A DNA stretch of 64,000 bases from Leptolyngbyaceae cyanobacterium (GCA_965263355.1 CBDHHL010000025.1:64001-128000), one strand, 5' to 3'; positions 1-13,512 are shown, counted from the stretch's first letter. The notes: generated by a model from the letters alone, not told the origin. Numbers and translations: made by a program.

Positions 1-3000
1 GAGGCTGATGCACCATTGTACTGACCTGAACCGTTATGGCTGCTGGCATGAAGATTTGCAAAGGCTTGAGCGCCTTGGGTCACTAACCAGAGATGGGGCA
101 ATTTGCCATCACGACCAATCAAGCTCTGAATTAAATGTAATGTGCTAGCACAGCTTATCTGTGCCGCCGCTTCCAAATCCTGAGTCGTTAGCTCTACCCC
201 AGCTGTAGGCGCTTTCAAACTCCACAGATGAACAATACCCTGACACTCAGGTACTGTTTCCAAAAGCTGCTTAAAATGCTCCACATTAACTGGGTCGACT
301 TGGAAGACCTGCTCACTGATTTGCCCATAGGTTTTGCCAGGGTAGACGAGGATGGTGCGATCACCTTGAGCTTGCAAAGCATTAACCAGTTGCGGTCCAA
401 CACCTTGGATATCCGCAAAAATCAGCCAATGACGGGATTGATAAGGACTGGGCTGACTGGGTTTAGGCTGCCACTCAACCTCATAGAGCCACTGATCAAA
501 CGCGTCAACAGATCTCTCCGATGTAGCAGGCTCTGGCGTAGAACTGAGTGCTCCATTCTGTTCTAGTAATCCACCATTGCGATACCAAGCCGGAGCCTCA
601 ACCCAATGGCGCTGTCGCTGGAATGGATAGGTGGGAATCGGCTGCCGACATCGACTGTAGTCCTGGTCAAATCTTTGCCAGTCAATGGTGACCCCCTGTT
701 GGTAGAGCGTCGCCAAACTGGTGAGCAATTGTGCCCAGTCTGTGCGCTCAGGGTGCAAACTGGGTAGCCACAACCCTGAATGCTCACTTAAACATTGGCG
801 ACCCATGCCTAACAAAACAGGCTTGGGACCTATCTCTACTAGGATTTGTACGTTTTCTTGAGCCAATACATCCATGCTGGTCCTAAATTGAACCGCTTGT
901 CGGATATGTTGACACCAGTAGTCGGGCTGGAGCACGGCATTGGTCACCAGCGTACCTGTGACATTGGACACTAGCGGAATCTGAGGGGGAGCAAAGGTGA
1001 CCTGTTCGACCACCTGAGCAAACTCGGCTAGCATTGGCTCCATCAGCGCTGAGTGAAAAGCATGGGACACCTGAAGCTTTCTATATTTAATGTTGGCCCG
1101 CTCACTCTGAACACAAATCGCATCTAGCTCCCGCTGATCACCAGAAATTACGATGCTCTCCGGACCATTGAACGCTGCTATGGACACATTGGGATAGTTT
1201 TGCAGAGCAGTCTTGGCCTGTTCTGCTGTTGCCAATAGCGACACCATACCGCCCCCAGCGGGTAACGCCTGCACCAATCGACCTCGCAGAGCGATCAGTT
1301 TTAGGCCATCTTCCAAGCTAAAGACACCCGCCACACAAGCAGCGACATATTCCCCCACGCTGTGCCCCATAAGGATATCAGGCGTAATACCCCAGGATTG
1401 CCACAGTTGATATAAGGCATATTCAATGGCAAAAAGCGCAGGCTGACTGTAAACAGTCTGATGCAGGAGAGCGTCTTTATCAGCTTCAGCCGCGTAGAGA
1501 ATATCAATTAGCGAGCGATCCAGGTAGTCTTGAAGAATATCGTCACAGCGATCAAGCGCAGCCCGAAATGTTGGTTGCGTGTCGTAAAGCTGCCGACCCA
1601 TGTCAACATACTGAGACCCCTGGCCTGTAAATAGAAACGCAAGCTTTCCTTGAGCTGAAATAGTTGGAGAGGTCATCCCACCAGTTTCCAACCAGTCCTG
1701 AAGCTGTTGACCCAAATTTGCTTTTGACTCCGTGACGAACGATAGCCGTTCTTGAAAATGCTGGCGACCGACATTGGCGGTAAAACAAATATCCGCAAGC
1801 TTTGATTCGGACTCTGACTCTGACTCTGTATCTAAATACTCCAGATAGCGCTGAGCTAATGACTGAAGGGCAGGGACCGTTTTAGCCGATAAGGTCAAAA
1901 GGTGGTGCGATCGCTCTCCCTCGACCATCCCGTCTGACACCTGACGTCTAACGTCTGACGTTGCGGGCGCTTCCTCCAACACCACATGACAATTGGTACC
2001 CCCCATGCCAAAGGAACTTACTCCGGCGCGACGAGGCGTGCCATTCCGGGTCCAGTCTGTCAGCTCGGTATTGACGTAAAAGGGACTATTGGCAAAATCA
2101 ATATTGGGGTTGGGTTGCTCAAAATGCAGGCTCGGAGGCAATTGCTGATGCTTCAAAGCCAATGCGGTTTTAATCAGCCCTACCACCCCTGCAGACTCAA
2201 TCAAGTGGCCAATATTGGTTTTGACCGAGCCAATGGCACAGAAACCCTTCTCAACCGTGCTTTGGCGAAATGCCTGGGTGAGCGCAGTGATTTCAATCGG
2301 ATCACCCAAGGCCGTCCCTGTGCCGTGGGCTTCTATATAGCTAACGGTGCTGGGGTCCACATCCCCGGCTGCCAGGGCGCTTGTAATTACCTCCGCCTGC
2401 CCCTCAACACTAGGAGCGGTATAACCCACCTTAGCTGCACCATCATTATTTATGGCCGACCCTTTGACCACAGCGTAGATGTGATCCCCATCGGCCATCG
2501 CCTGATCGAGAGCTTTGAGGAGAACCACACCGACGCCATTGCCAAAGACAGTCCCTTTCGCCTGGGCATCAAACGCACGACAATGGCCGTCCGGCGAGCA
2601 AATCATATCGTCCTGGTAGAAATACCCCACTTCCTGAGGAACAGAAATGGACACCCCACCTGCCAGGGCCATATCACACTCACCGCTGAGAATACTCTGA
2701 CAGGCCATATGGACAGAGACCAACGAGGTTGAACAGGCCGTTTGTACATTCACACTGGGGCCGGTCAAATTGAGTTTGTAAGACACCCGTGTGGGCAGAA
2801 AGTCCTTGCTATTGGCCAACCGCACTTGCAGATCAGAGGCCGACCCCAGGAAAGTCCGCTGGGCTGAAAAATTTCTCTGGGGATGCACATTATTAATCAA
2901 ATAAGTATTCATCCCAGACCCGGCATACACACCAATCAACCCGTCATAGGTCTCAGGGTTATAGCCTGCATGTTCAAGCGTTTCCCAAGCAGACTCTAAA

Positions 3001-6000
3001 AAGATCCGCTGCTGCGGGTCCATAATCTCTGCTTCTCGACGGCTATAGCCAAAAAAGGTGGCGTCAAACCGGTCAATATCAGGGAGAACCGCACCGACTT
3101 TCACGTAGTCAGGATGCTGCAGCAGTTCTGGCTCTAACCCCGCCAACTCCTGGGCGGTAAATGGGGTGATTGATTCTACCCCCTGCTGTAGGTTTTGCCA
3201 AAATTCATCCACATTGGCAGCCCCCGGCACACGGCAAGCAATACCAATAATGGCAATGTCAGTGGTGGATTGTTTTCTAGCGGACACTCGCCGCTTAGCG
3301 GACACTCGCCGCTTAGCGGACACTCGCCGCTTAGCGGACACTCGCCGCTTAGCGGACACTTGCCGCCCATTTACTTGAGCACTCGATGACTGAGATTGTG
3401 CCGCTGGGGCCTCAGTAAGATAGTCGGCCAGAGTTTGAATAGTAGGGTATTGAAACAGACTGACAATCGACAACCGAGACGTCAACTGTTCTAGATCCGA
3501 GATATCAGCGCCAGCCCCTAAAACACTCGGATCTGCTCTGAACTGATCTGCCAGCTGTTGATACACCTGGGTCAGCAAAAGGGAATTCCCCCCCAGCTCA
3601 AAAAAGTTGTCAAGGGTTCCTACCTTATCCAGTTGAAGCACTTCTTGCCACACCTGGGCCAGATATTGCTCCATCTCAGACTGGGGCTCCACCATAGCCG
3701 TTGCTAACTCTGGACGAGAACGATCCGGAGCAGGTAATGCCCGACGATTTACCTTACCGTTCTGGGTCAGCGGTAACTCTTCTAAGGTGACAAAGGTAGC
3801 TGGCACCATGTAGTCCGGTAGCTGCTCTTGCAAATACTGACGCACCTGGGGCTCTAGCTTAACCGCCACCTGTCCTTGCAGGGGATTATTGGCATAGGCA
3901 CTCCAAGGCAATGTTGTTTTAGGGGGCTCTTGAAAACAGGGCGGCGAAGATATCGCCACCTGGTCTGGATAAAGTAACACGTCGTAGCATGTCTTATCGG
4001 TGGACCAGGTGATAGCAGCGGCAAAGGACTGTTCTTTGGCAAGACTCCAAATATCTTCTGGCTCGATTCCAGCCTTGTCCACGTTCTCATCAGCTACTCC
4101 GAGACGATCTCGCATCTCGGCCACAGTAGCAGGTTGTTCCGTAGAGCCACCATTCTGACCACTGGCTGATTTACTCTCCATCCATTCCAGTACCTGCATC
4201 TCAGAGGTTAACCGGGCATTTGGAATCCCAGTAATGAGAAAATGCTCTGAGGAATTCTCCTGCAACCGTTGCTGAACTGCTTCCAGGGTTAAGCCATCTG
4301 CTTTCCAATTAAGCTGCTGGGTCTGAACAGGGGCAGTGGGTTCCGGGCCAATGTGGAGAATGGCGTCGTAGCGGAACTTACTCATCTCATTATGGGCACA
4401 GCCTCGTCTCAGTTGAATATCTACCTGAGAAATCGGCAGATGCCGTTGCAATGCAGTGAAAAACTCGGGGGCAATGGCCATTTGCCCTTCCTGCACCATC
4501 TGCTTTCGAATTCGCTGGTGCAGTTGTTGGGTCGATAGTCCAGGAGGAGCCTGATATAACTGAATCGACGCGTGAAACGCTTCTAGCAACGGCAGGCTAC
4601 GTACATCACCCAAGAACAACCGTCCGCCTGGCTTAATCGCCTTGACCACCTCGGTAATTACCTTGACGAGATAATCAATCCCAGGAAAGAGCTGGACAAC
4701 CGAGTTAATAATGACCGTATCTAGGGAATTGGGTGCTAGGTCCGTCACACTGTCAGCCGCCCCCTGACGTAGGGTGACATGGGACCAATCTCCATCCATT
4801 TTTTGCATCTGGGCATTGATATACCCCAGGGCTTTAGGCGCAATATCCACCCCACAGTAGGATTGACAATGGGGTGCCACACCAAACAGCAGCATGCCCG
4901 TGCCACAGCCAATTTCTAAAACGTCTTGGGGCTGCCCCATGAGAATACGTTCGAGCGTCCCATCTAACCACTCTCGCATCTCAGAGGCGGGAATCGGTGC
5001 GCCAGAATAGCTATCATTCCAGCCATTGATATTAAATGTGGGATCTTCCACCTCTAGGGTTTCTTGAGCGTAGGCTAAATCCCATAATTCTTGCCACTGT
5101 GAGACTTGTTCTGCCTGGACATCGGCCTGGGCATTTGTCTCGTCATCAGTGGTCTCTGCGGGGTCCTCTCCTTGATAATTGGCATCTGGCACCATGTAGG
5201 CCACAAGCCGTTTGCCACCCCCCCCATTGGCTTGCTCATCCCTGGCCACAACAACACTTTGGCGTACGCCTGGATGCCGATTCATGGTGGCTTCAATTTC
5301 ACCTAGCTCAATCCGAAAACCTCGGATTTTTACTTGATGGTCAATGCGACCTAAAAATTCAATGTTGCCGTCAGGGAGATACCGCGCTAAGTCACCTGTC
5401 TTATAAATTCGAGGGGAATAGACTATGTCCACGGTTGCCGCATCATTACTCTGTTTGGCAAACGGATTAGGAATAAATCTCTCTTGGGTTAAGTCAGGCC
5501 GATTCCGATAGCCCCGTGCTAAGCCATCTCCACCGATATATAATTCACCAACGTCACCCACCGACACTGGGCGCAGGTCTTCGTCCAAAATGTAAATTAA
5601 GGTATTTGCGATGGGACGACCAATGGAGGCAGGAGTATTGGGGCGAGACGGGTCAAAGGATGAATGCTGGATAGAATGCACCGTGGACCAAATTGTGGCT
5701 TCTGTGGGGCCATACATGTTCCAGACACTGTCCACGCAATCCAGCAATTGCTCCGCTAAATCCGCTGGAAAGGCTTCTCCACCACATAGTACTTTTAACC
5801 CGGACTGTCCCTGCCATCCCGCCGCCAAGAGCATGTACCAGGTTGCTGGAGTTGCCTGCATCATGGTTGCATTGGTTGTCCGCAACAATCGAGCCAAGTC
5901 TGGACCTGATGAAGCGACCTCTCGGCTGGCAATGACGACTTGGGCACCTACCACTAGAGGCAAATGCAGCTCTAGCCCAGCAATGTCAAAACAAACTGTT

Positions 6001-6656
6001 GTTACGGCAACCAGTACGTCCTGATCTGTTATGCCAGGACGCTGGGCCATGGACGTGAGGAAGTTAACAACGGCTCGATGCTCGATTTGAACACCCTTTG
6101 GTTTGCCAGTTGATCCGGAAGTATAGATTGTGTAGGCTAAGTGAGTGGCCGTAACGTTACTCGTGGGATTTTCTTGACTACCCTGAGAAATGTCACCCCA
6201 ATCGGCATCTAAACAAATAACTGTGAGATCGTCTAAGGCGAGTCCTGTGGATAAATGCCCTGTAGCTAGGGACGATTGAGTGAGGAGAATCTTAGCTTGA
6301 GCGTCCTCCAACATATAGGACAGGCGCTCCAACGGATAGGCGGGATCCAAAGGAACGTATGCTCCACCAGCCTTAAGAATTCCTAAAATGGCCACGACCA
6401 TAGTAATCGAACGGTCCACACAGACACCCGTCAATGTATCTGGGCCAACATTTAAACTCTGGAGATAGTGGGCAAGTTGGTTAGCTTTTTGATTAAGTTC
6501 TCTGTAGGTAACCTGTGTTTGATTGAATCTGATTGCGATCGCATCTGGTGTACGCTCTACCTGCTCCTCGAACAGCTGATGCAAGCAACTATCAAACGGA
6601 TATTCTTTAGCCGTTTGATTCCACTCAATCGGTACAATATTGCGATCCTTTACCAT
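1..6656 (-). CDS. Hybrid NRPS-PKS, 3'-partial (A[Gly]-N-MT-T-KS-AT-start of KR), >2200 aa
   Basis: Manual translation of segments from ATG at 6656; frame checked as consistent at A, KS, AT and the window edge. A cores [44 protein letters not shown]; embedded [11 protein letters not shown] (~4900); [10 protein letters not shown] (~3600); [11 protein letters not shown] and [32 protein letters not shown] structural part [22 protein letters not shown]. Confidence 0.95.
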   Translation of the reverse strand, partial: MVKDRNIVPIEWNQTAKEYPFDSCLHQLFEEQVERTPDAIAIRFNQTQVTYRELNQKANQLAHYLQSLNVGPDTLTGVCVDRSITMVVAILGILKAGGAYVPLDPAYPLERLSYMLEDAQAKILLTQSSLATGHLSTGLALDDLTVICLDADWGDISQGSQENPTSNVTATHLAYTIYTSGSTGKPKGVQIEHRAVVNFLTSMAQRPGITDQDVLVAVTTVCFDIAGLELHLPLVVGAQVVIASREVASSGPDLARLLRTTNATMMQATPATWYMLLAAGWQGQSGLKVLCGGEAFPADLAEQLLDCVDSVWNMYGPTEATIWSTVHSIQHSSFDPSRPNTPASIGRPIANTLIYILDEDLRPVSVGDVGELYIGGDGLARGYRNRPDLTQERFIPNPFAKQSNDAATVDIVYSPRIYKTGDLARYLPDGNIEFLGRIDHQVKIRGFRIELGEIEATMNRHPGVRQSVVVARDEQANGGGGKRLVAYMVPDANYQGEDPAETTDDETNAQADVQAEQVSQWQELWDLAYAQETLEVEDPTFNINGWNDSYSGAPIPASEMREWLDGTLERILMGQPQDVLEIGCGTGMLLFGVAPHCQSYCGVDIAPKALGYINAQMQKMDGDWSHVTLRQGAADSVTDLAPNSLDTVIINSVVQLFPGIDYLVKVITEVVKAIKPGGRLFLGDVRSLPLLEAFHASIQLYQAPPGLSTQQLHQRIRKQMVQEGQMAIAPEFFTALQRHLPISQVDIQLRRGCAHNEMSKFRYDAILHIGPEPTAPVQTQQLNWKADGLTLEAVQQRLQENSSEHFLITGIPNARLTSEMQVLEWMESKSASGQNGGSTEQPATVAEMRDRLGVADENVDKAGIEPEDIWSLAKEQSFAAAITWSTDKTCYDVLLYPDQVAISSPPCFQEPPKTTLPWSAYANNPLQGQVAVKLEPQVRQYLQEQLPDYMVPATFVTLEELPLTQNGKVNRRALPAPDRSRPELATAMVEPQSEMEQYLAQVWQEVLQLDKVGTLDNFFELGGNSLLLTQVYQQLADQFRADPSVLGAGADISDLEQLTSRLSIVSLFQYPTIQTLADYLTEAPAAQSQSSSAQVNGRQVSAKRRVSAKRRVSAKRRVSAKRRVSARKQSTTDIAIIGIACRVPGAANVDEFWQNLQQGVESITPFTAQELAGLEPELLQHPDYVKVGAVLPDIDRFDATFFGYSRREAEIMDPQQRIFLESAWETLEHAGYNPETYDGLIGVYAGSGMNTYLINNVHPQRNFSAQRTFLGSASDLQVRLANSKDFLPTRVSYKLNLTGPSVNVQTACSTSLVSVHMACQSILSGECDMALAGGVSISVPQEVGYFYQDDMICSPDGHCRAFDAQAKGTVFGNGVGVVLLKALDQAMADGDHIYAVVKGSAINNDGAAKVGYTAPSVEGQAEVITSALAAGDVDPSTVSYIEAHGTGTALGDPIEITALTQAFRQSTVEKGFCAIGSVKTNIGHLIESAGVVGLIKTALALKHQQLPPSLHFEQPNPNIDFANSPFYVNTELTDWTRNGTPRRAGVSSFGMGGTNCHVVLEEAPATSDVRRQVSDGMVEGERSHHLLTLSAKTVPALQSLAQRYLEYLDTESESESESKLADICFTANVGRQHFQERLSFVTESKANLGQQLQDWLETGGMTSPTISAQGKLAFLFTGQGSQYVDMGRQLYDTQPTFRAALDRCDDILQDYLDRSLIDILYAAEADKDALLHQTVYSQPALFAIEYALYQLWQSWGITPDILMGHSVGEYVAACVAGVFSLEDGLKLIALRGRLVQALPAGGGMVSLLATAEQAKTALQNYPNVSIAAFNGPESIVISGDQRELDAICVQSERANIKYRKLQVSHAFHSALMEPMLAEFAQVVEQVTFAPPQIPLVSNVTGTLVTNAVLQPDYWCQHIRQAVQFRTSMDVLAQENVQILVEIGPKPVLLGMGRQCLSEHSGLWLPSLHPERTDWAQLLTSLATLYQQGVTIDWQRFDQDYSRCRQPIPTYPFQRQRHWVEAPAWYRNGGLLEQNGALSSTPEPATSERSVDAFDQWLYEVEWQPKPSQPSPYQSRHWLIFADIQGVGPQLVNALQAQGDRTILVYPGKTYGQISEQVFQVDPVNVEHFKQLLETVPECQGIVHLWSLKAPTAGVELTTQDLEAAAQISCASTLHLIQSLIGRDGKLPHLWLVTQGAQAFANLHASSHNGSGQYNGASA
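3278..3366. repeat. 18-bp tandem repeat (TAGCGGACACTCGCCGCT) x~4.8, encoding (VSAKRR)n in the T-KS linker
   Basis: Four perfect units plus a partial unit, in frame with the NRPS-PKS. Confidence 0.95.
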
Positions 6657-7280
6657 AAACACAGGCAACATCTCCTACAGTTACTACAGATTGTTGAATA
6701 CTTAGCGATTGAAATTGCCAATACACCTTTTTGGATTTATCATTCCTAAAACTACTGTTTAGGGCGCTGAATGATGACCATAGGCAGCTAGTTGACAACT
6801 TTGAAACTTACAAATGCCTGACCAAAGCTGTGAATGAGGGCTCAGGAATACAGCAATTCTTAGTCTTACAATTTTTTAGAGTTGCCGTTTTCTCCAAATC
6901 CATATTTTCAATAGCTATTGTACTGACTTAAAAGTATTCAGGTTGGTTTTTGTGATATTTCTAAGGTACTTAATGACGATAATTAAGGTGAATTTTAATC
7001 ATATACCTTGCTAACCTCCTAAAGATTTGTTCAACCGGTGTCCCAATTTCAATGGACACACTTTTAATAAGACATTTCAAAAGTTCGTTAATCAAGTGAC
7101 AATTTTTGCACCATAGCCTAGTCATAAATTTGAATCGCAACTGCCACTGTAAATGGAGTGAGTATCATGGGATGCAATCAAACTATTACCAAAACTATTC
7201 AAAAGAGCCTTTTGCAAAGCAGACAAATTAATATCTGACTATGCTCCCATATCGTCAATTTCCCAAGCTATAACAAAGGA

Positions 7281-7652
7281 CTAAGTTCCATTATAGAAAA
7301 AAGCAATATCATCATATTGTTCTACTAGAAATAAGTTGATGACATTTTGCAAAGATAAATTTGAGCTGGAAAACCCTTGCAATCGCTTAAGAACGACTGC
7401 CAGCATCTTCTGCATTATTAAATTAATGTCCGTAATCAGAGCAATTTTTTGTTTGTTAGTTAAACCTTCTATAACTACATCTGTCACGTATTCTATCTCA
7501 AGAACTTTTTGTGCGGACAGATTATCTAAAACACTATTGCTCATGATACCATGCTGATAGCAGCTAGATGGCATTATTGTGTCATAATGATGAGATAAAT
7601 CCGTGTAATTACTGATCTTTGCTGCTCTACCCTTAAGTATTTCCATTTTCAC
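7281..7652 (-). pseudogene. Degenerate class I SAM-dependent methyltransferase relic
   Basis: Aligns by eye to the 15810 ORF (NYTDLSHHYD vs KYAGIASYYD), but motif I is decayed (VLEIEYVTD vs ILELGVGTG); short and AT-rich. Confidence 0.5.
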
Positions 7653-8147
7653 TTTTCCTTTGGGTTACTTTGCTCTCCACTTGTATTAAAGAGCCATTAC
7701 AAAGGACTTTTTAAAGTGTTCTCTTAGGCAACTTAGCATATTACTAGCACCGTATAAAGCCTTATTTTGATGTCATTGTTACTTAATAGCTAGGCAAAGC
7801 AGCCAAACATTTCATCGCTTACCCTAGAAAAAATAGTCTTTTAGCTAGACAAGATTCAGTACAGTCAACAGATAGTCGATGTCGATAGCTTGAAGAGCAT
7901 TTTTTCAAAAGCAACAAAAAGTAGATCCCCAGTGAAAACCGACCGTCGATTACAGGCTTTACAAAACTTTACTTCCTGGCTTGAAAAGCACTACAAGTTG
8001 TTGAATTTAGACAATTAGAGCGTATTACAATACGCTGATTTTTTATCGTTTATTGCTTAGTCAGCTTTTCAGATCGCCAAAAACCAGATATTACTAAATG
8101 TAACGGAGAGATGACGTGTTCATTAATACGTTCGTCGCAAGTCCTGG

Positions 8148-8169
8148 ATTTTACCAGGATTTTACATTT
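8148..8169 (+). promoter_or_regulatory. Conserved motif ATTTTACCAGGATTTTACATTT upstream of metK
   Basis: Identical 22-mer at 19153-19174 and a 20/22 match at 15716-15737; ATTTTAC direct repeat with 11-bp period. Confidence 0.6.
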
Positions 8170-8244
8170 TTTTGCTTAACTCTTGGTCACTGGACGTTAG
8201 TAGTCAGTGGCCTGTTCTACGGTGCCTAGTCAAGTGATTGCATA

Positions 8245-9399
8245 ATGAGTATATACAATACGTTTACGTCAGAGTCAGTATCAGCAGGTCATCCTGACAA
8301 AATGGCTGACCAAATTTCGGATGCCATTTTGGATGCCATGCTCAAGGATGATCCCCACTCGCGGGTGGCGGTGGAAACCCTAGTCAAAACTGGCATGGCG
8401 ATTGTTGCTGGAGAGGTTCGCACCAACACCTATGTGGATTTGGAAGATATTGTTCGCGACGTCATTTTAGGTATTGGCTACGACAGTTCCGATGTGGGGT
8501 TTGATGGAGCCTCCTGTGCCATTGTCAACGCTATTGGTAAACAGTCCAGTGACATTGCCATGGGGGTGGACGAGGCTGAAAACAAAGATTTGGGTGCTGG
8601 TGACCAAGGCCTTATGTTTGGCTATGCCACCAACGAAACTGATGTGCTGATGCCCGCTCCGATTTACTATGCCCACCGCCTAGTGGAGCGCCAGGCAGAG
8701 TTGCGTAAAACCGGAAAACTCTCTTGGCTACGACCAGACGCTAAAAGTCAGGTGACCTTGAGATACGAAAACGGCAAACCTGTTGCTATTGATGCCATTG
8801 TGCTATCCACTCAACATGATCCCGATGTCACCCTGGGTGACATTCGTGAAGCTGTCATGGAGGAGATCATTAAGCCTGTGCTTCCCCATGACTGGTTGCA
8901 TGTGGGTACTCAGTACCACATCAACCCCACCGGGCAATTTATCATTGGTGGACCGGTGGGAGACTGTGGGTTAACTGGACGCAAGATTATCGTCGATACC
9001 TACGGTGGTATGGCACGTCACGGTGGTGGTGCATTCTCAGGCAAGGACCCCTCTAAAGTGGATCGATCAGCAGCCTATGCAGGTCGCTATGTGGCTAAAA
9101 ACATTGTTGCTGCGGGACTGGCTGATTTGTGCGAAATTCAAGTGTCCTATGCCATTGGTGTAGCTGAGCCTACATCTATCTCCGTCAATACTTTTGGCAC
9201 TGGTAAGCTTGAAGATGACAAAATTGCCACGTTGGTGCGAGAACACTTTGACCTGCGTCCCCAAGGTCTGATTGATATGCTGAATTTACGTCGCCCTATT
9301 TATCAGCAAACGGCGGCCTATGGTCACTTTGGTCGGGAACTGTCTGATTTTACTTGGGAACAAACTGACAAGGCCGAGCCGTTAAAAGCAGCACTGTAA
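8245..9399 (+). CDS. metK: S-adenosylmethionine synthetase
   Basis: [49 protein letters not shown]. Confidence 0.98.
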   Translation: MSIYNTFTSESVSAGHPDKMADQISDAILDAMLKDDPHSRVAVETLVKTGMAIVAGEVRTNTYVDLEDIVRDVILGIGYDSSDVGFDGASCAIVNAIGKQSSDIAMGVDEAENKDLGAGDQGLMFGYATNETDVLMPAPIYYAHRLVERQAELRKTGKLSWLRPDAKSQVTLRYENGKPVAIDAIVLSTQHDPDVTLGDIREAVMEEIIKPVLPHDWLHVGTQYHINPTGQFIIGGPVGDCGLTGRKIIVDTYGGMARHGGGAFSGKDPSKVDRSAAYAGRYVAKNIVAAGLADLCEIQVSYAIGVAEPTSISVNTFGTGKLEDDKIATLVREHFDLRPQGLIDMLNLRRPIYQQTAAYGHFGRELSDFTWEQTDKAEPLKAAL

Positions 9400-9429
9400 T
9401 TTTTGAGAAAACCTAAGAAAACGAAACCT

Positions 9430-10812
9430 ATGAGCACTTCAACACTCACCCGCGACTATAAAGTTGCCGATATTAGTCTGGCTAGCTGGGGACGCAAGGA
9501 AATTGCCATTGCAGAAGGTGAAATGCCGGCTCTCATGGCCATTCGCAAAAAATATAGCGATAGCAAGCCTCTGGCTGGAGCCAAGATTATCGGCTGTATC
9601 CACATGACCATTCAAACCGCTGTCCTAATCGAGACCCTAATCGAGCTGGGTGCAGAGGTGCGCTGGTCCTCCTGCAATATCTTTTCTACCCAAGACCATG
9701 CTGCTGCTGCGATCGCAGAAGTCGGTGTGCCCGTCTTTGCCTGGAAGGGAGAAACCGAAGACGAATATATGTGGTGCATTGAACAAACCTGCCGAGCTAC
9801 CGATGGCAAGCTGTGGGATGCCAACATGATTTTGGATGATGGCGGTGACCTAACAGGCTACATTCACGAAACCTATCCCGATATGCTCACCCATATCCAT
9901 GGTGTTACCGAAGAGACTACCACCGGAGTACATCGCCTGTACGAAATGCTAGAAAAGGGTGAACTCAAAATTCCTGCCATCAACGTCAATGACTCGGTCA
10001 CTAAAGCTAAAAATGACAATAAATATGGCTGTCGTCATAGCTTGAATGATGCCATTAAGCGCGGTACCGATCACCTGATGGCAGGTAAAAAGGCCTTAGT
10101 GATTGGCTATGGTGATGTTGGTAAAGGCTCAGTGGCCTCTCTTCGCCAGGAAGGCATGATTGTTAAGGTGGCTGAGGTAGATCCCATCTGTGCTATGCAA
10201 GCCTGTATGGATGGCTATGAGGTGGTATCTCCCTATGTCGATGGTGTAAATAATGGCGTTGCTAGTCTTAACAAGACACTTTTGGCCAACATTGATTTGT
10301 TGGTTACTGCTACGGGAAATGTGAATGTCTGTGATGCCCCTATGCTGACAGCCTTAAAGCCTGGAGCAGTCGTTTGTAATATCGGTCATTTTGACAATGA
10401 GATTGATACGGCTTACATGCGTCAGACCTGGCGCTGGGAAGAGGTCAAACCGCAGGTACATCAGGTTTACCGCAGCGATGATCCCCAAGACTTTCTGATT
10501 TTGTTAGCAGAAGGTCGTTTAGTAAATTTAGGGAATGCTACTGGCCATCCGTCTCGAATTATGGACGGGTCATTTGCCAATCAGGTGTTGGCTCAGATGT
10601 TCTTATTTGAGCGGAAATTTGCCGATAAGTCTGATCTGGAAAAGGCTGCAGAAATTACTGTGGACGTGTTGCCCAAGCAATTGGATGAGGAAGTTGCTCG
10701 CTATATGGTTGAAGGGTTTGGTGGTGTGATTACTCAGCTAACATCCACCCAGGCTGACTATATCAATGTGCCAATGTCTGGTCCTTTCAAGCAAGATAGC
10801 TACAAGTACTAA
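9430..10812 (+). CDS. ahcY: S-adenosylhomocysteine hydrolase
   Basis: [52 protein letters not shown] at 9430 preferred over TTG at 9403. Confidence 0.97.
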   Translation: MSTSTLTRDYKVADISLASWGRKEIAIAEGEMPALMAIRKKYSDSKPLAGAKIIGCIHMTIQTAVLIETLIELGAEVRWSSCNIFSTQDHAAAAIAEVGVPVFAWKGETEDEYMWCIEQTCRATDGKLWDANMILDDGGDLTGYIHETYPDMLTHIHGVTEETTTGVHRLYEMLEKGELKIPAINVNDSVTKAKNDNKYGCRHSLNDAIKRGTDHLMAGKKALVIGYGDVGKGSVASLRQEGMIVKVAEVDPICAMQACMDGYEVVSPYVDGVNNGVASLNKTLLANIDLLVTATGNVNVCDAPMLTALKPGAVVCNIGHFDNEIDTAYMRQTWRWEEVKPQVHQVYRSDDPQDFLILLAEGRLVNLGNATGHPSRIMDGSFANQVLAQMFLFERKFADKSDLEKAAEITVDVLPKQLDEEVARYMVEGFGGVITQLTSTQADYINVPMSGPFKQDSYKY

Positions 10813-10916
10813 CCGAAGTCCTCAGGACGGCTTTATAAAGGTCTATCTTTTGTCAAGTCGTCCTATTTTTCTCCTAGCATTAAAGTCTCTACAGTTCTTC
10901 AAAAAAGGCTATACCA

Positions 10917-11804
10917 ATGACGTCACTCCCCATTAGTTTTGAATTCTTTCCACCGAAAACGGCAGAGGGAGGGGCTCAGCTAATGGAACAGTATGCTATT
11001 TTAGCGGCCTGTCAGCCTGAGTTTTTTTCGATTACCTATGGAGCGGGGGGGACGACGCGCGATCGCACCAAACAACTTGTCCTAGATATTAATGCCAAAG
11101 AGATTCCCGCCGTTCCACACCTATCGTGCATTGGTGATACTCGGGCATCCTTGCGAACAATATTGGATACTTATAAGGGCGCAGGTATTCAAAATATTGT
11201 CACCTTGAGAGGCGATCTGCCTAACGATATGGATGATGTGGCCAATGAGTTTCACTACGCTGATGAGTTGGTCACATTTATTTGTCAAGAGTACAAAGAT
11301 ACATTTAATTTAATTGTGGCGGCCTACCCTGAGGTTCATCCTGAAGCTAAAAATGCTCAGCAGGACTTAGTCAACTTTAAACGCAAGGTTGACGCTGGAG
11401 CCGTCGCTGCCATTACTCAATATTTCTACAATCCAGACGCCTACGAAGACTTTGTGAATCGCTGTCATCAGGCAGGAATCACTATCCCCATTTATCCAGG
11501 GATTATGCCGATCACCAATTATGAACGGTTAGCTCGATTTAGCCGCATGTGTGGGGCACAAATTCCCCAATGGATTGAAAATCGCCTGCTTGATTATCAA
11601 GATGATCCGTCAGGGTTACAGGCCTTTGGGTTAGATGTGGTTACCCAGCTATGTGAAAAGTTAATAGCGCTGGGTGCACCTGGATTTCATTTTTATACGT
11701 TGAATCAGGCAACGCCTACCCTAAAAATTCTAAAAAATCTAGGACCTACAGTGGCCTATGAATCTACCTTAAACCTAGCGTCAGAAAAACTTTTAGCTCA
11801 TTAA
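10917..11804 (+). CDS. metF: 5,10-methylenetetrahydrofolate reductase
   Basis: SFEFFPPK, TYGAGG, LRGD, AAYPEVHP, ITQYF, HFYTLN. Confidence 0.97.
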   Translation: MTSLPISFEFFPPKTAEGGAQLMEQYAILAACQPEFFSITYGAGGTTRDRTKQLVLDINAKEIPAVPHLSCIGDTRASLRTILDTYKGAGIQNIVTLRGDLPNDMDDVANEFHYADELVTFICQEYKDTFNLIVAAYPEVHPEAKNAQQDLVNFKRKVDAGAVAAITQYFYNPDAYEDFVNRCHQAGITIPIYPGIMPITNYERLARFSRMCGAQIPQWIENRLLDYQDDPSGLQAFGLDVVTQLCEKLIALGAPGFHFYTLNQATPTLKILKNLGPTVAYESTLNLASEKLLAH

Positions 11805-11903
11805 AAAGTAATTTTAGAAACCAGAAAAATAAACTTCTAAGGTTGTCTTCCATGCTGTTGGCTAAACGCAGCCATAGACAACAAAAGTTTTTTACCAGGT
11901 CTT

Positions 11904-13454
11904 CTATCCTCGAATCACCGTAATCTGTCGTCCATTCGCTGTTGTAGCAGCGTCTGTTTTGGTACGTTCCGCCATCGGGGGTAACCCCTCCCGTCGATCA
12001 AAAATCATCAACCAACCAGTCTCTAACCCCAATCCTGCCAAATACTTATCCAACTGAACCAGGCCAGCCTTCAGCGGGTCCGGTCGTCCCGGTCGCCATA
12101 CCTTTAGCTCAATGCCCAGGGTGACTGCACCATAGCGCAAACACAGATCCATCCGATCTGTACCAATGGCATATTCTCTCTCTAACGTCCCGCCCCCGTT
12201 CACCACCCGGTGCAAAAAGGCCATCATCACTAAATGGGGCGCAATTTCATGGTATGGCGCGCTCTTCAACAACGGTTGCCCATGCTGTCGCCAAAATGAG
12301 AGAAATGCTTCTAACAGTTTATCCACATCCAACTGACCATCAGCCTGCAACCAGGTAGGGCTAATCTGCGGCAAACTATCCTGGGGACCGCTCGCCAGCA
12401 TCCGGGGCAACACCTCCTGATAAATTCGGTTGGCCACCACAATGCCCCCTTGAGACGAGCGACGCAGCAATCCCAAATCCACTAAATAGTCGCGATCATC
12501 TATAGGAACTTTGTTTAACTCCTGCCCTGCCATTAGGGGTTCAATCACCGCTCGAATCCGAGATTCTTCTAAGCGCTTGCTTAAGCTATCCAGATGAGTA
12601 TCTCGACGTTGAATCAACACTTCCTTCGCTTGATGAATATGCTCCAGTGTAATTGTCGTCTGTTCATCGGGGACTATCACTTCCACCACCTGACGCGCTA
12701 GGGCATTCACCAGCCAAGGTTGACCATGGGTTAGCTCAAATGCCAAAGCAAGGGCCTCTGGGGTAAACTGTTGGCCTGTTTCAGCAGTATGTTGACGATA
12801 CAGCTGTGCGACGTCCTCTGCACTGAAGTTACCTAGGGTAAATGACTCTACTTTTACATTAAACGGACTGGCCGTTTGCAAGCGCGTACTGCCGCCAGAC
12901 GTTACTTTATAATCCCGCACATCTCGCATACCAATTAAGGCGAGGGAGTGGGGAAAATTTTCAGGTCGTTGAGGATAGCCATCGCGCAGCTGTCGCAGCA
13001 CTGCAATTAGGGCATCATCCATCAGGGAATCGATTTCGTCAATTAGGACCACCAGCGGACGGGCACAGCTCCTCGCCCAGACCTGTAGGGCCGTACCGAT
13101 GCGGCGTCCATCTGCCACGTCAGGCCAGGGTGGGGGCTGTAATTCATCTGATAAATAACTCTGAGCCGCCCCGCGCCAGGCCTCTAAGATCGCTCGTTCG
13201 GCTTTGCCAGGATCATGACTAAAGGGTTGACCCACTTCAGCAGATACCATGATGGCACAATAGTCCCCGCTATCGGTTAGCTGTTGAGCCAGGGCTAACA
13301 TGGCCGTGGTTTTACCGGTTTGACGGGGTGCATGGACCACAAAATAGCTTTCCTGAGCAATCAGGCGATCTAAGGGGGGCAGCCGTTCGATTGCCGGTAG
13401 CATATAGTTTTTGTCTGGGCGGCAGGGTCCAGCGGTGTTAAACCATTTGGGCAT
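11904..13454 (-). CDS. AAA-like ATPase with C-terminal PD-(D/E)XK nuclease-like domain (copy 1)
   Basis: Walker A APRQTGKTT, Walker B LIDEID, C-terminal EREY..GRMD-like DRMDL..IELK. Confidence 0.85.
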   Translation of the reverse strand: MPKWFNTAGPCRPDKNYMLPAIERLPPLDRLIAQESYFVVHAPRQTGKTTAMLALAQQLTDSGDYCAIMVSAEVGQPFSHDPGKAERAILEAWRGAAQSYLSDELQPPPWPDVADGRRIGTALQVWARSCARPLVVLIDEIDSLMDDALIAVLRQLRDGYPQRPENFPHSLALIGMRDVRDYKVTSGGSTRLQTASPFNVKVESFTLGNFSAEDVAQLYRQHTAETGQQFTPEALALAFELTHGQPWLVNALARQVVEVIVPDEQTTITLEHIHQAKEVLIQRRDTHLDSLSKRLEESRIRAVIEPLMAGQELNKVPIDDRDYLVDLGLLRRSSQGGIVVANRIYQEVLPRMLASGPQDSLPQISPTWLQADGQLDVDKLLEAFLSFWRQHGQPLLKSAPYHEIAPHLVMMAFLHRVVNGGGTLEREYAIGTDRMDLCLRYGAVTLGIELKVWRPGRPDPLKAGLVQLDKYLAGLGLETGWLMIFDRREGLPPMAERTKTDAATTANGRQITVIRG

Positions 13455-13512
13455 GGGGCTTACGAACGAATGGCACAGTGCAGTATAGCAACTATATCAA
13501 TGATTACTTAGG

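Noticed and set aside
3278..3366. Possible CRISPR array
   Set aside because: Head-to-tail 18-bp units with no spacers, inside a coding frame, and no cas genes
5218..5225. G8 tract in the NRPS as a phase-variation site
   Set aside because: Short, in frame, and no evidence of variation
215..6749. Many short ORFs in the track (e.g. 1986-2732, 5036-5470, 3166-3389)
   Set aside because: They are antisense or off-frame shadows of the NRPS-PKS gene
8185..8212. Hairpin in the metK leader as a SAM or SAM/SAH riboswitch
   Set aside because: The stem exists but I could not match the conserved loop nucleotides; an Rfam scan is needed
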